From Fistulifera solaris (taxonomy: Eukaryota), in assembly GCA_030295235.1 (NCBI GenBank), contig AP026167.1, positions 930,001 through 979,037 of the forward strand: a stretch of 49,037 nt of DNA, in the 5' to 3' direction. The notes under the pieces are model-generated. The model ran no database searches. It was given only the letters and a program-made list of their open reading frames with translations, and was not told where the DNA came from. A program made the translations under genes and the position numbers. Position 1 is the stretch's first letter, and each line of letters begins with the position of its first letter. Of this stretch, positions 1 to 12,508 are shown piece by piece.

Positions 1-1880
1 GACTCTGCCAGCGTAGAGATGCGAGAGTTTCGATCGAATTCCTTGCAACGTCGATCCTCACAACAATTCGGAGCAACGCTCAGACGCATGCCTCTCATGG
101 CTTCAACACAGCAATCGAGATTTGCCGAGAACACACCCCGTTTTTCGTCCTCGTCTCAATTAAGCAATAGACCCAGGATGTCTTCGTTCAGTTTGCCGAA
201 ACCAGCCGAATCATCCTTCAAGAAACCACTGAAGAGCGTGTAAGACGTTATTGGCTCACCCTGGTTATGGGCTTCCCATAGGCTGACTAATCGAATTTAA
301 GCGATGGATGATTGAGTAGTCGTTCAAAGTTAAAGTCTAATTCTATTTTAGGTGTGATATAGGAACTTTCCGATGCGATTTGTCGGTCCCTTAATATCAG
401 CAATCCAGCTGACACAATGCTTCTAGAAGCATGCTCTGAAAAGAGACGTCACAACAATTTCACATCTGTTTACTAACTCTTGACTCATTCACTATAAAGT
501 GCTCATGTCTCTATCGTAAGACTTGATAGATGCAGTTGGTTTACGGAACCACAGAGTCCTCCACCATTCTATCGATTATGGTTTACAAAGCTTGAACGAC
601 ATGATGATAGGATCAAGGCAAAGCAAACAGAGCATACGAGGCAAGTTTTTAGATGCTGCCAAACAGCTTCACAGAGGGTTAAGCTGACGAAAGTAGACTT
701 TAGCTTCTCAAAAGAACTAGATGTCTATAAACTGATCGCTAATTGCGACGCGTGAATGGAGGCACGACGATCGCTGGAAATGTCGCCGACGAGCTGCCAG
801 GTGCAATACCACGGTAGACAGGAAATAATCGGTACATAGCGTCTTTGAAAGATAAGTTGTCCTTTAAAGTTAGTCGGCTACCTAGCCCACGAGCCACGAG
901 ATACGAGATGCACAAGACTATTTCAAGAAGTCGCTCGTTTCTTGGCCTTGCTTTAGTTTTTAGTTCTCGGAGGAAGAAGGAGTTGTTCACTTTCCAATTT
1001 TTGTGAGAAGCCATGTGTTTTTACGATTAAAACTACTACAGTAACTTGCTCTTGGTTCTTTTTAAAAAGTAGACTAAACACCTTACGATTTAGAAGATGA
1101 CACAGAACTGGCAACTGGAAGAAGAGATACCACAGGACACAGGACTGTTCCGCTACTCAAGGGTTTGATAAGTCAATTCACCCGGTAATTGTACTATAGA
1201 AGCGAAAGTATCTCTTTCTATTTTATTTTTGGAGATTATTATTCTTTTAGGTCATTATGGAACACGGTGAGCGGTGAGCGGTACGTAGACTGTGGACAAC
1301 CAGAAATCCTACTGCAACATTCAAATTCTAAATTTCGGTGTCTTCCTCTATGTTCACGGGAGCGCATCTCTGCTTGGTACATTTCTCTACTAGGAGATAC
1401 GTGAAAGTATACAATTTCCCGCACCGTACTACAATCTTTTTGAATCTGTCAATAATAAACGATGCCCTTCGCTATTCTTTGTAATCCGAACTATGATGTC
1501 GAATGTAGAGCCTCCACAAACGGGTTCCGATTCGGTACGGTCGTGATTGAAAAATTTGAAAAGACAAAGTGTATAGGTGCGTAATGTATTCGCCTGACCC
1601 CTGTGACATTTGCGATAAGGCGGCGAAAGCCGAAATCTTTTCTGTTGTCACGAAAGGTTTGCTTACCAAATCACGAACTCACGTTTTTAGTTACTCTCTA
1701 CAACAAGAACCGTGATTCGAATTAGACAGAGAGAGAATAAATAGTAATGATAGAACATTGGTACCGTACTTTCATCGGCCTGTGCCAAGATCCGCGAAAA
1801 GAAAAAGTCAAAAGCGGCCACAAGTTGATGAGCCCCTCACTCATCTCTTCTCACAATTTTCTTTTGAAGCACAAGAGATC

Positions 1881-3259
1881 ATGAAGGTCTATCATCTTTT
1901 AACGTTTGTGGCAGCGTTTTCCTATGGAGTGAATGCTGTAAGTGTTTCGTTGTTGAGTTGCGTCAGCAAAGCTCTGATTTTGCTCGTCCTCACAAAATGC
2001 AAACCATCAGGCCGTCTTTCCTCCTTCTCGCTTTCCATTCAAAGATATCATGGATGTTAAGGATATTCCTCAAATGATCACTATAACTTTTGATGATTCC
2101 ATGCAACACGCCAAGTTTGCTACCATCAAGAAGTTCGTGTTAGACATTCAAGATAAGAGAGGATGCCCGCCGCGCATCACGCACTTTACTTCTTTTGACT
2201 GGACGCCCAATGCGAGCCGGTCAAGTTCATGTCGACACTGGCCGTCGAGCAAGGCCACCACACGGGCATGCACACGGGCACACCGACCGTGGCTCAGATC
2301 AAGAGCGCCATGGATCAGTTGGAAGGTTGCGGTGTCCCCAAATCTGAGATCACTGGTTTTCGCACACCCTTCTTGGCCTCACGATGCAACAACGTTGGTC
2401 AACCTTGCCAGTCTTGACGTCATCTACGATACAACCCTGATCCAAGACGACGATGTCGCATCCGGTTACGGTGCCAACAATACGTGGCCTTTCACTTTGG
2501 AGAACGGTTTCACGGGAAGCATCAAATGCGGTGTCACCGGCTCGTGCATCAACCAGTCGTATCCGGACATGTGGGAAATTCCGATGTATCGTTGGTGCGA
2601 CACAAGCAACCGATTGCTCAATGATATCATGGACTACCCCTTGTTCGCTGACGGATGTTCAGCAAATGTTTAATCGCCACTACAATGGCAACCGAGCTCC
2701 TTCGGAATCTACTTGCATGAACCGTGGCTCAACAAAAATGGCGCAGCTCTCAAACAGTGGATTGAGCAGATCATGGCGAACTACAACGATGTCTACTTTG
2801 TCACCAACATGGATTTGCTTGAATGGATGCAGAACCCCGTTCCCAAGTCTCAGTATGTCCCAAAGGCCTGCAAGAGTCAAAGCGGAGATGTTTGGCTGCT
2901 TACCACCGGCTCCTGGATACAAATGTGATGGATGGGGTCAGTTTTTCGACTTTGCGACTTGCAAGTGTAGCTGCATGAAGAACTTTTGCCCAATTAACGG
3001 TGGGCCCAGCAATGGAGGCTTCTGCACGGACTGGAATTGCCCTACCACACCTGTCGCTCCAGTTCCAGTTGCTCCGGTCGCTCCCACACCCGTCGCTGCT
3101 CCAGTTCCAACCCCACCTGTTGCTCCGACAACTCCCACCGCGCCATTGGCCCCGGTAACCCCCACTGCCCCCGTGCCGGCACCGTATCAGCTCAAGGGCG
3201 CGGCAGCACGAGTAGCTTTGCCGTTCGCGGCAAGAGACGTCGCTCCGTGGAGTCAATGA
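1881..3259 (+). CDS. Secreted CE4 polysaccharide (chitin) deacetylase-like protein with Cys-rich module and Pro/Thr/Val linker; several frameshifts in this consensus
   Basis: Signal-peptide exon 1881-1937 (MKVYHLLTFVAAFSYGVNA), GT-AG intron 1938-2010, then AVFPPSRFPFKD..ITITFDDS. Pieces in alternating frames give [52 protein letters not shown], a Cys-rich stretch and PVAP repeats. About 5 frame changes; the 3' end could be 3259 or 3309. Confidence 0.8.
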
Positions 3260-3474
3260 ATCAAGTTAAAGACGAAGTATTTATATATTCAACGTCGTGC
3301 AGGCAATAACAAAAATAACCTTTTGTTTGAATATTAACAAAAGGATTCATTAGTAGCTTTCATGTGTTTATTCAATAGTGTGCAATCTGCAATCAAAACT
3401 TTGCTTTGAAAATGTGGTTTGGAAATGTGAGTCAAAATGATGACCTGATCTCGACAACTCGACAACTCGATATG

Positions 3475-3978
3475 CTAGGCTCGTAAGACCGTTGGAGGAG
3501 CAGGCAGTACGGCCAGGGCCTTGGTGGTTTCAATAGCTGTGTTAGTCTTGCCCGCTGATGATTCACTTCTTGAGCGGGGTCGTGTACGAGAGGGCATAAT
3601 AGGTGCAAAATCGGAGGCTGATTCACTTTTTGTAAAGGAAGACCATCGCATACAAGAGGAAATGTCGTGCTTATTTCGAACCGGCATGGAAGGAGAACAA
3701 GAATGGGAACGAGGCCGAGTGCAAGGAACTTGTTCTGATGACCACCGCAGTTCTTTTGTTTCCTTTTCCGGTACAGGACATCCACTTTTACTGCCGCTGT
3801 CTTGGCAATAGAAGCCGTAACCGTCATCATCTTCGTCTTCATCAAAAGTACACTGATGGAGTGAAGGAGAATGACTTTCAATAGTAAGATCGTCGTCGTC
3901 GTCGGTGTGGCTCCTTTTCAGTTCCGTTAGTTTGTCAACGACAACAATGAATTGAATAGGAGCTGCTGTTGGTTTCAT
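3475..3978 (-). CDS. Hypothetical low-complexity protein
   Basis: Open frame from ATG 3978 (MKPTAAPIQFIVVVDK) with acidic tracts and twice-repeated RWSS and P-x-MP-x-R motifs; no recognisable domain. Confidence 0.5.
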   Translation of the reverse strand: MKPTAAPIQFIVVVDKLTELKRSHTDDDDDLTIESHSPSLHQCTFDEDEDDDGYGFYCQDSGSKSGCPVPEKETKELRWSSEQVPCTRPRSHSCSPSMPVRNKHDISSCMRWSSFTKSESASDFAPIMPSRTRPRSRSESSAGKTNTAIETTKALAVLPAPPTVLRA

Positions 3979-5178
3979 CTTGCTAGATACACTATGAAAT
4001 GTATTCTGCGACGGAAAGATCATGATGATTACTGTTATTTTGGAACGGCAGGTGATGGGAAGATGAAGACTTTTTTTTAAAATGCAGCTAAAAGCCAAAT
4101 GCAAACGACGAAAGGCGAAAGAGGAAAGAGGAACGAATAACTGCTCTACACTGACAGTAAGGGCCTTCGCACCCGCACTTTACCGTCTACTTTTTAGTAT
4201 CACAACGCACTTTATTGGATGACGTGAAATACTTGATTGAATACGCTTAGGGTAACTGAGACGTTTTTTACCTAAGGATTTTACGACGAGAAAGAGTCAA
4301 AAATGCAAAAATGCCCAAACTTCCGTTCACAACAACTTCGGGCACGGAAGTTGGACCATGTTGCGAACTTCCTAGAATTCCGCTCGTTGTCAAACTTCCG
4401 ATGCTCGGTTCCCAACTGTCGATAAATTATACAGTAGAAAACCTCAAAGTGGACTAACGACTGGCTATCATTCCATAAATTCCATGATTGATGGTTGATG
4501 GTTGTCTGTTCTTATTACATCGTAGTCGTAGATCGTGAATCATGATTCCCTGGACAATAGCTTTAGGGTTTAGCCAATTAGCGTTTGGCATTGGGTATTG
4601 GGTTCTTGATCGTTGATCGTTTTTCATTACACCGCTCTCCGTAAAACGCAGGGCATAAAAAGTTCAACTTCCAACTTCCAACTATAGGAAGTCAAACCCG
4701 AAGCTAGAACAGCCCTACATGTAGCAGTCACTGTGTGTATCTAGCAGAGAGCATCGAGAATCGAGTAGATATATAATCGAAATTTTGATTCCTGATTCCC
4801 GATTCCAGTGACTTCTTCGGCGCAAGATTCCGCCGTCACTTTGGTACACTTTTTGTTAGAGTGACTTTTCTCGTGGTGGTGTTGCTTGTTTGCGCTTCTG
4901 TGCTGCTGCGTCACGCCTGTTACTGACGACTGCCGACGGACTACGGACCAACGCTTGTGTCTCTCTCATCCTCAGCGGACACTCGCCGTTGTGACTTGTG
5001 ACTGGCTGTGAGGACTGTGGACTGTGCGAAAAAGAGAGGAGTTCGAGTTTGTGTTTTTCCACGTCGGCGTTTTTTTCCGTCTCTCATCGTTTGCTCATTT
5101 GCACGTTTCTTCTCGTTCTTTCTCTCACTCTCTTCCTTCCATTCCTTCTTTGCTTATCAATCAAATCATTTCATTACC

Positions 5179-6634
5179 ATGCCACCGGATGCAGATAAAC
5201 TTCGTCAACGCCACGTAACGGCACAAGACGATCCGGCTACAACAACAACGACAATTCGCTCGGTTAAGGATTTGAAAGGCAACGAAATTGTCATTGACGG
5301 TATCATTTACGATTTGACGAACTTTCATCATCCGGGAGGAGAACAAATCAATGTATTTGGAGGAAATGATGTTACGGTTCATTACAAAATGATTCATCCG
5401 TATCATACGGCGAAGCATTTAGAGAAAATGACGGCTATCGGCAAAGTAAATGACTTTCGTATCGAGTACGTTTCACAAAAAGTGTCAATCGTTCGCTTTT
5501 TTTTGGTACAAAAACTCATTCGTTTACACATTCTGCAACAGATATCAGTTTGATACAGACTTTGAGCGAGAAATCAAACGTGAAGTCTACAAAATTGTCC
5601 CTCGCGGACGTGAATTTGGGACACCGGGATGGTTTTTTCGTGCCTTTGGTTACATTGCTCTCTTCTTTACCTTGCAGTACTTTTGGGTCGTTTCGGGTCC
5701 GACGGTACTTCTGGCCATCGCTTACGGCATGTCACAAGCTCTTATTGGTATGAATGTGCAGCATGATGCAAATCATGGAGCAGCTTCCAAGAAGGCTTGG
5801 ATCAATGATATCCTCGGACTAGGAGCTGATTTCATCGGAGGAAGCAAATGGCTCTGGCAGGAACAACACTGGACGCACCATAGTTATACCAATCATGCCG
5901 AGAAAGATCCTGATTCTTTCAATGCCGAGCCGATGCTTCTCTTCAATGAATACCCCGCTGGTGATAGTCGCCGCAAATGGTATCACAATTTCCAAATTCT
6001 CTTTTTCTGGCCCATTCTTTCCGGATATTGGTTGAGTTCTGTCTTCAACCCCGAAGTTCTCGATCTGAATCATCGTGTCAGCGCCGGTGTCGGTGAACGC
6101 TGGATTAGTCCGCACGTCGCCTCGTCGCGCAAGTTCGCCATCTTCTTGCGAGCTCTCTACATTGGGACCAACATTGTGGCTCCCATTCATTTGCACGGTG
6201 TTCGAGTCGCTCCGCTCATTCTACTCATGGGAATTGCCGAATCACTTCATTTGGCCATTCTCTTCTCTCTCAGTCACAACTTTGAGACTGCCGATCGCGA
6301 TCCGACTCTCAAGGCTCGTCAGACAGGACAACCCGTTTGCTGGATGAAATCGCAAGTCGAAACTTCCTGCACGTACGGTGGTTTCATCTCGGGATGTTTG
6401 ACGGGTGGTCTCAACTTTCAAGTGGAACACCACTTGTTCCCTCGAATGAGTTCCGCTTGGTATCCGTACATTGCCCCCACGGTGCGCAAGGTGTGTGCGA
6501 AGCATGGAGTAAAATACGCGTATTATCCGTGGATCTGGCAAAATTTATGGTCAACGTTCAAATACATGCATGCGGCAGGAACGGGATGGCGACAGAAGTT
6601 GGCGCGAGAGAATCCTTTGAAGGGACAAATGTAA
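5179..6634 (+). CDS. Front-end fatty acid desaturase, Delta-5 type, cytochrome b5 fusion
   Basis: Exon 5179-5465, intron 5466-5541 (GT..AG), exon 5542-6634. Has HPGG haem motif and His boxes HDANH, QHWTHH, QVEHHLFP. The MPPDADKLRQR start and overall sequence closely recall Phaeodactylum Delta-5 desaturase (from memory). Confidence 0.93.
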
Positions 6635-6788
6635 GCTCGGCGGTAAGAATGAGTGTTTACGTGCATGCATGGCCGAGTTACCAAGAGTATGTAGTTCGAC
6701 ACTATTAAAAGTGATTGCCTTAGAAACGCTTGTAGCATGTATCACGCGATAAAGGTGATCTCATTATTTGTTCGTGTGTTACTATTCA

Positions 6789-7222
6789 TTACTTTTTTAA
6801 GATCGATGCATTTTCCTCTTCACCTATTCGTTCCTCCTCGTTCTCTAAATGGTCACGAAGTATCGGCAATTGCAAACCGGCACGAGCAGCAGCTCGACGA
6901 CTCATTTCTTTTGCATCCAATTGATTCTCAGCACCTGTATCCATCGCGTATAGTTCGGCTCGTGCGTGTAAATCCTTTTGCAAGGCATGAAATCTCTGTA
7001 GTAATAAAAGTTGATTGCTGCTGCTGCTCTTCTGAATGCTCTCACGAACTGATTTCAAGACAAAACCTTGAATAGCATTGTAACGTGCTGCTGTTGTTTG
7101 CTCTTTTTGATTGCTTTGGATTGTAAATGAGGCGCAAGCGAAGGTGTCTTTAAGAAGCGCAACAAACGTCGCACAGTCGTTTGTACTGTCGATTTCGATA
7201 CCGTTGCTGCCGTTGGCGTCAT
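6789..7222 (-). CDS. Small protein resembling mitochondrial ATP synthase assembly factor FMC1 (one frameshift)
   Basis: ATG ~7222 gives a basic N-terminus (TVRRLLRFLK, LYR-like). Frame change near 7085 leads into the ORF ending ..SRRAAARAGLQLP.., similar to the FMC1 C-terminal A-x-x-V/A-G-L-x-L-P motif. Confidence 0.45.
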
Positions 7223-8051
7223 TTCTCGATTCGCTTATAAGACTTATGCTTCTTCTTGTGTTTGTAAGAGATTAGATTATGTTATTCATTGATTATTCAT
7301 TAACAATAAAATCATCGCATTGAATGGAGTACTTGTACTTGTACCTTTACTGTACTCGATCCGCTCCGCTCTTTCTCGTTTGTTTCATCGCTTTTCCGGG
7401 ATTGCCTTCGTTCTGTCATGAACCGCCGATATTCATCTCTGCAACGAAACTGCTACCAAACACCAAACCTTCGTTCGCTCTACTACTTGAGATCACAAAA
7501 TATACATTTTTTCGGTATCACAGTGTCATTTTGCTCTAATGCATCTGCAACGCTATGAGTGATTTTGAGCTAGTGCGGTCGTTGTCTTCCGTATGTAGAA
7601 TAGGTCCAAGTTCAAGGTGTTCGTTCTTGCAGGTACCACGATTACTCTTCAGTCACGAAAAAACTTTCTTCCGATACCTACAGCCACTCAGCTAACAAGT
7701 CGTCTTCACTTGTTCTACAATCTTGCTCATCTAAAACTGTCTTTGATTGAATACTCGTATTGCTTCACCATGCCGAAATAGCGTGGGTATCTTTCCATCC
7801 TTGATTTGACTCGGAATCAATCAGCTGTGGATAACACGAGATCGCATACTACTTACTTGTACACTGATTTGTTTCCCAACAACCTATGTGAGCTACCAAA
7901 GCAGGCAACTAACTCAGCCAATACAACCACATAGTGAAAACCTTCAAAATATTAAATATATTATTCATTTGTCAATACACAACGTGATTAAGGATAGTAG
8001 TACACAGGTTGAGCATTAACACATACTTGACGTGCAACTTTGGTTTCGTTC

Positions 8052-9357
8052 TTACGCCAAGTTTCCGCCGGCAACCAAAGATTGAGATCCTCGCTTAATC
8101 TTGCGGTACAAGAAGTAAGAGTAGGCTCCGAAAGCGATAGTGGTCATGGCAAAGATCCAAGCGAAAGCTTTGGCAGCACCGTTGCGGCCACCACCGTAGA
8201 CACCGCTGCTCTTGCTGGCACTGGTAAGACGAGGCAAGACATTACCGAGGAATTCGCATCCGCTGGTGTCCTTGTTGGCAAAGGCCATTTTCGTCTCACA
8301 CTTGACAGCCGACTGGTAAGATTGAGTGCAAAGATCAGTGACGGCGTAAACTTCCTCATAAGAGCCATCTTCGTTCTGGACCTGTTGGTTCTGGTTGTTG
8401 TTGTTGTTCTGAGTGTCACGGCAAGACATGCACCCCGAAGTCTTGATGATCGACTGGCTAGTGAAGGGCAAGTTGGATCCAGTGCGAGCAGAGTACAGGT
8501 TGTTGGATGCTTTGTTCGTGCAAGTATTGTCGTAAAAGACACCCAAATGGATGGATTTGCCGTTGTTGGCGCAGTACGGACCGACGAAAAGATTTCCGTA
8601 GTATTGACCGTTGTTGTTTCCGTTGTAGTACTGGTTTCCGTTTTCGTTGTTGGCGTTGTTGTTGTTGTTTCCACCCTCGATTTCTGCCATTGAGAAAGGA
8701 GAGACAATCAAAGTGAGACAAATCGAAATCTTAAGTCTTATCAACCGGCTTATCAACCGCCAACCGCACACGATGCATCAACTTACCTCGGCATTCCAAG
8801 TATCGCTGAATTTCAAACTCGGCTTCTCCCTCAGCTTGGGCGCAGTTGGTCAAACCCGCAGCACTGTAGCAGGCAGACTCGCACGCCTCGGCATCGTCAG
8901 CGTTGTCACAGACGCAGTCCTCGCGAGCCATTTCGCAAGCATACGCATCTTCCGAAAGCTTGGCCTCGGTGTAGGCGTCCACGAAATCAGCCATGTTGAC
9001 GGCATACTCTCCGCCTCCGTTACACGAGTTGCAGGAGTTGGCCGGGCAAAGTGCAAAGCGAACCAAGTGTTGAGTGTACAAGATTCCTTCGTTCTGGTTG
9101 TTGCCGGCTTCACGGTTGAGCTGAAGCAACGAGTTGCATCCCAAGTACTTGATCTCGTACTTTCCAAGGTAAGCGGCGTTTCCTTGGTTCTGGTTCTGGT
9201 TTTGGTTCAAGTGACGAGCAGGCTCGATGACGGTGGCCTTTCGCAACAAGGCTTGGCCCATGGCCGAGTCCACAGGAACGCTTCCCTCCGTAGAGATTTC
9301 CATTGCGTTGACTGCCAAGAGAGTTGTGAGCAACAGTGTAGTAGCAAAGCGGAACAT
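8052..9357 (-). CDS. Silicanin-1-like type I membrane protein (silica deposition vesicle family)
   Basis: Exon 9357-8787, intron 8786-8684, exon 8683-8052 join in frame (..LECR|EIEGG..). Signal peptide, RHL (RXL) processing site, N/Q-rich tracts, many Cys (VRFALCPANSC, VGPYCA), one TM helix (AFAWIFAMTTIAFGAYSYFLY) and a short basic tail. Confidence 0.82.
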
Positions 9358-11457
9358 GACGCAAGTTCTTAATATGAAAGATTGGATGCGAGGGAGACGG
9401 CAATCTTGATTGTGAGCCTCAAAATGAAAATGGACGATGAGGAAGTAGTCCTTCGAATGGTCGCTTTCAGCTACGACCGCCAATGCGGAGGCGCGCAAAT
9501 TTGATTGTACTTAGAAATGGCGATCTTTGCGATAATTTATATAGAGAAAATGTAACCGTTGCACGAATACTTACGTTTAATTACTTTTAAGCAAGCTCGA
9601 AGAAATGTATAAATACTTATAGATACTTAGACAACCTTTCCCTCTATACGCGGTGATTGATGATTCGAAGAACGAAGAAGTACTCGCCGCAATATTTCGT
9701 AGTCCGAATGGTTCTCAAGTGACACTCGCCACTCGCCACTCGCCACCCGCCACGTCCCGCCAAAAAAAGACTTGCAAATTGCAAATGTCGGAGCGTTTCA
9801 CAAAACAGCAGATACTATTAAACCCTGACCCTATTGGTTAATGTGTTTGTCTGTGTCAGAAAAAATGAGGCAAACGCGGTGAAAGATGATACACTTACGG
9901 TTCCTGTGAGCTAAACCAAAGCTGGCCTAAAGCAATTGGTCTAAAAATTGTCGTTTTGAAGCAACATAGCTGTAGTAAACTAATTCAAACAAAAGAGCCG
10001 ACTAGCACCCATACTGCGGACTGTGGAAAGCCCCGCTCGCTCACTCTCATTTAAGTGCTGTTTTCCTTCGTCTTCTTGTGGCAATACCTGGTTATGCTTC
10101 GTCCGGGTGAAAAAAAAGAGACTACTGGCAATGCGCCCACAAATGAAACTTGACACAAAATAGGCCCTTGCTGAAAAGGACTAAAAATTTCCGAGTAAAG
10201 AAAGAAGAGGCACGTTGCACGATGAAGCCCTAGCCCCTAGCTAGTAGAGAGTAGAGAGGAATCACGCTAGAATCAAGAGTACAGCTACGTCTCTCCCATG
10301 ACGACCCCTTAGCTTTTAGCTTTGTCTTTTCCGTTACCGTTCTCCGCGAGCTTTTGATGTTGTGGTCTCTGTTGTTTGCATGCTTGATATTCTTCTGTAC
10401 CGTATAGTGGAACGGAATCTTGGCAAACGATATATTGCTAAAGGTACGAGTTGAATCGGGACACAATAGAAACCAACACCCAAAACCCAACCGATTTCAT
10501 TGTAGGTTGCGTGCCTCGATCTGGATAGGGTGACTGGTGACTGATGTACCAGGTACCGTTTGTACCTGGTACTTGGCTCGTTGCTCGATAATTGTGTGTT
10601 TTTCCTGTTTTTAGAGTAGGATTTGCTAATCGTGGAAATAGGCCATTGAATAAAGTGTGAGAACTGAGAACGGGTGTGCCATTGAATAAAGTATCTGTGT
10701 GTACCTGGTACATTCTGTCTTACCACGTTTGACACAAGCCCCTTGCCAAGGCATCTGATTTTCCCTGGGTAACTTATCCGCCCTCGTGAATGAAGCGACA
10801 TTTCTCTGTTCTTCGATCTACTCTTTTTTTCGAAAGCTTGTTCACGATATTTCCCATCATCGACTAGCACTTGGTACTTGGACCTACCGCTTCTTACTGA
10901 AACTTTCAACGCGAAGTAAAGTGGAGTAGCACTAAGCAGAACTGGGGCAATTAGCTATCCTAAAAAAAAAATTAAAAAAAAAGCTATCCTACGTAGTAGT
11001 CTCTGAGAAGTTTTTGCGTATGTCATTTTTGAGATTTTTATGTCCTCCGCCAATTGTCTAAAGTGGCGCGACTGGGAAAATAGGCGCAGTTCTGTGACAT
11101 TGGCATCACGATTTTTTTCGTGATCGTGAAATGCCATGTTTATGTGTTAATTTGTACCGTGGATGTCCCGAATTCTTCATGGGATAGATAAATAGGTACC
11201 AATAACCATATGCATGAGTAGAATAAACTGTACAAGGTCTTTCCCGGCCACTAGGCAATTATTTTAATCTTCCCCTCGGCGATGTAAATGAGTGGTGGTG
11301 CTTTTTTTGATGAAATCTTTAATCGACAACAACTGCGGCACACCTGTTTCTCTTCCTCCCACCGCCTTTTCATAATTTCGTCGACCTGGGTTCCAACAAA
11401 ACCGCGACCGACAAAAATCTTCAGAACGCAAAACACCTTAGCAAGAAGAGAGAAAAG

Positions 11458-12508
11458 ATGAATCAAAACATGATGTATTCGACTCACAGTCATAATATCA
11501 ACTACATTGGCATGAATATGGAGTCTTCGAAGAATCACAACGAGAAGAGATTCTACGGAGCTCAACCGGAATCGCTTTTCAGCATGGCGATGTACGATCT
11601 CGACGCGATGCCTGTTGATGCGATGGAGCCTCTTCCTGCTCATCAGCCTAGCTCCGCAAGTGCTGCCTTTCATCCCGTCGATGAATACAAGGATATGAGT
11701 CTTCGAGAACTTCTCGATCTTACTGACGACTTTCTCTTCGATAGTCAAGCCAACGCTGCCGATGTTCTTGCTCCCACTCCTCTTAACATTCCCGACTGTC
11801 AAACAGTCGCACAAATCACGAGTATTTACTCGGAAAGACCTACGATGATCTCTCCTCCGCTAACTCCGATTTCTATGAATCTGGCTACAGTTACACCCGA
11901 TGTCATGAAATCGGCGGAATCGAAAAAAGCGACAACGTCAAGTCGAAGAAGAGGAAGAGGAAGACGACGACGACGACAACATCAACAACGACGACTTCGA
12001 TGAAGACGGACTGAATAAAGAAGGACGCTTCCGCTCTTATCAAGCAGGACAATGGTCGGATCGATTCGACGACCTCGTCGAATACCGCAAGCGCACAGGA
12101 AACTGTCTCGTTCCTCACACTTTCAAAGAAAATCTTCCCTTGGCTCGCTGGGTCAAGAGACAGCGCTATCAGTACAAGCTCATGATGGAAAAGAAAGCTT
12201 CCACGATGACAGAGGAACGAGTCAAGGCTCTTGAAGATATCGGCTTTGTATGGGACTCTCAAGGTGCTGCTTGGGGAGAGCGGTTGAATGAACTCAAGGA
12301 ATTCCGTAACAATGTCGGTCACAGTAATGTCCCTTCCAACTTCACCAGCAACCCTCAGCTGGCTACTTGGGTTAAATGCCAAAGACGCCAGTACAAGCTT
12401 TACATGGAAGGAAAGCCGTCGAACATGACACAAGCTAGAATTCAGGAACTCGAAGACATTGGATTCGAATGGTTGCTTCGATCCTACAAAAAGACGCGCA
12501 CCTGCTGA
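11458..12508 (+). CDS. Helicase-associated (HA) domain protein, diatom-expanded putative DNA-binding family; frameshift near 11925
   Basis: Two tandem HA repeats (FRSYQAGQWSDRFDDLVEYRKRTGNCLVPH..LARWVKRQRYQY..LEDIGFVWD; W.ERL.EL..F....GHSNVP..LATWVKCQRRQY..LEDIGFEW) after a low-complexity acidic N-terminal region. Confidence 0.85.

Noticed and set aside
1..290. Coding-like minus-strand stretch at the window start and the + strand ORF 19-243
   Set aside because: In-frame stop, no recognisable motif, and truncated by the window edge.
8040..9372. Long + strand ORFs 8040-8693 and 8647-9372
   Set aside because: Antisense shadows of the silicanin-like gene.
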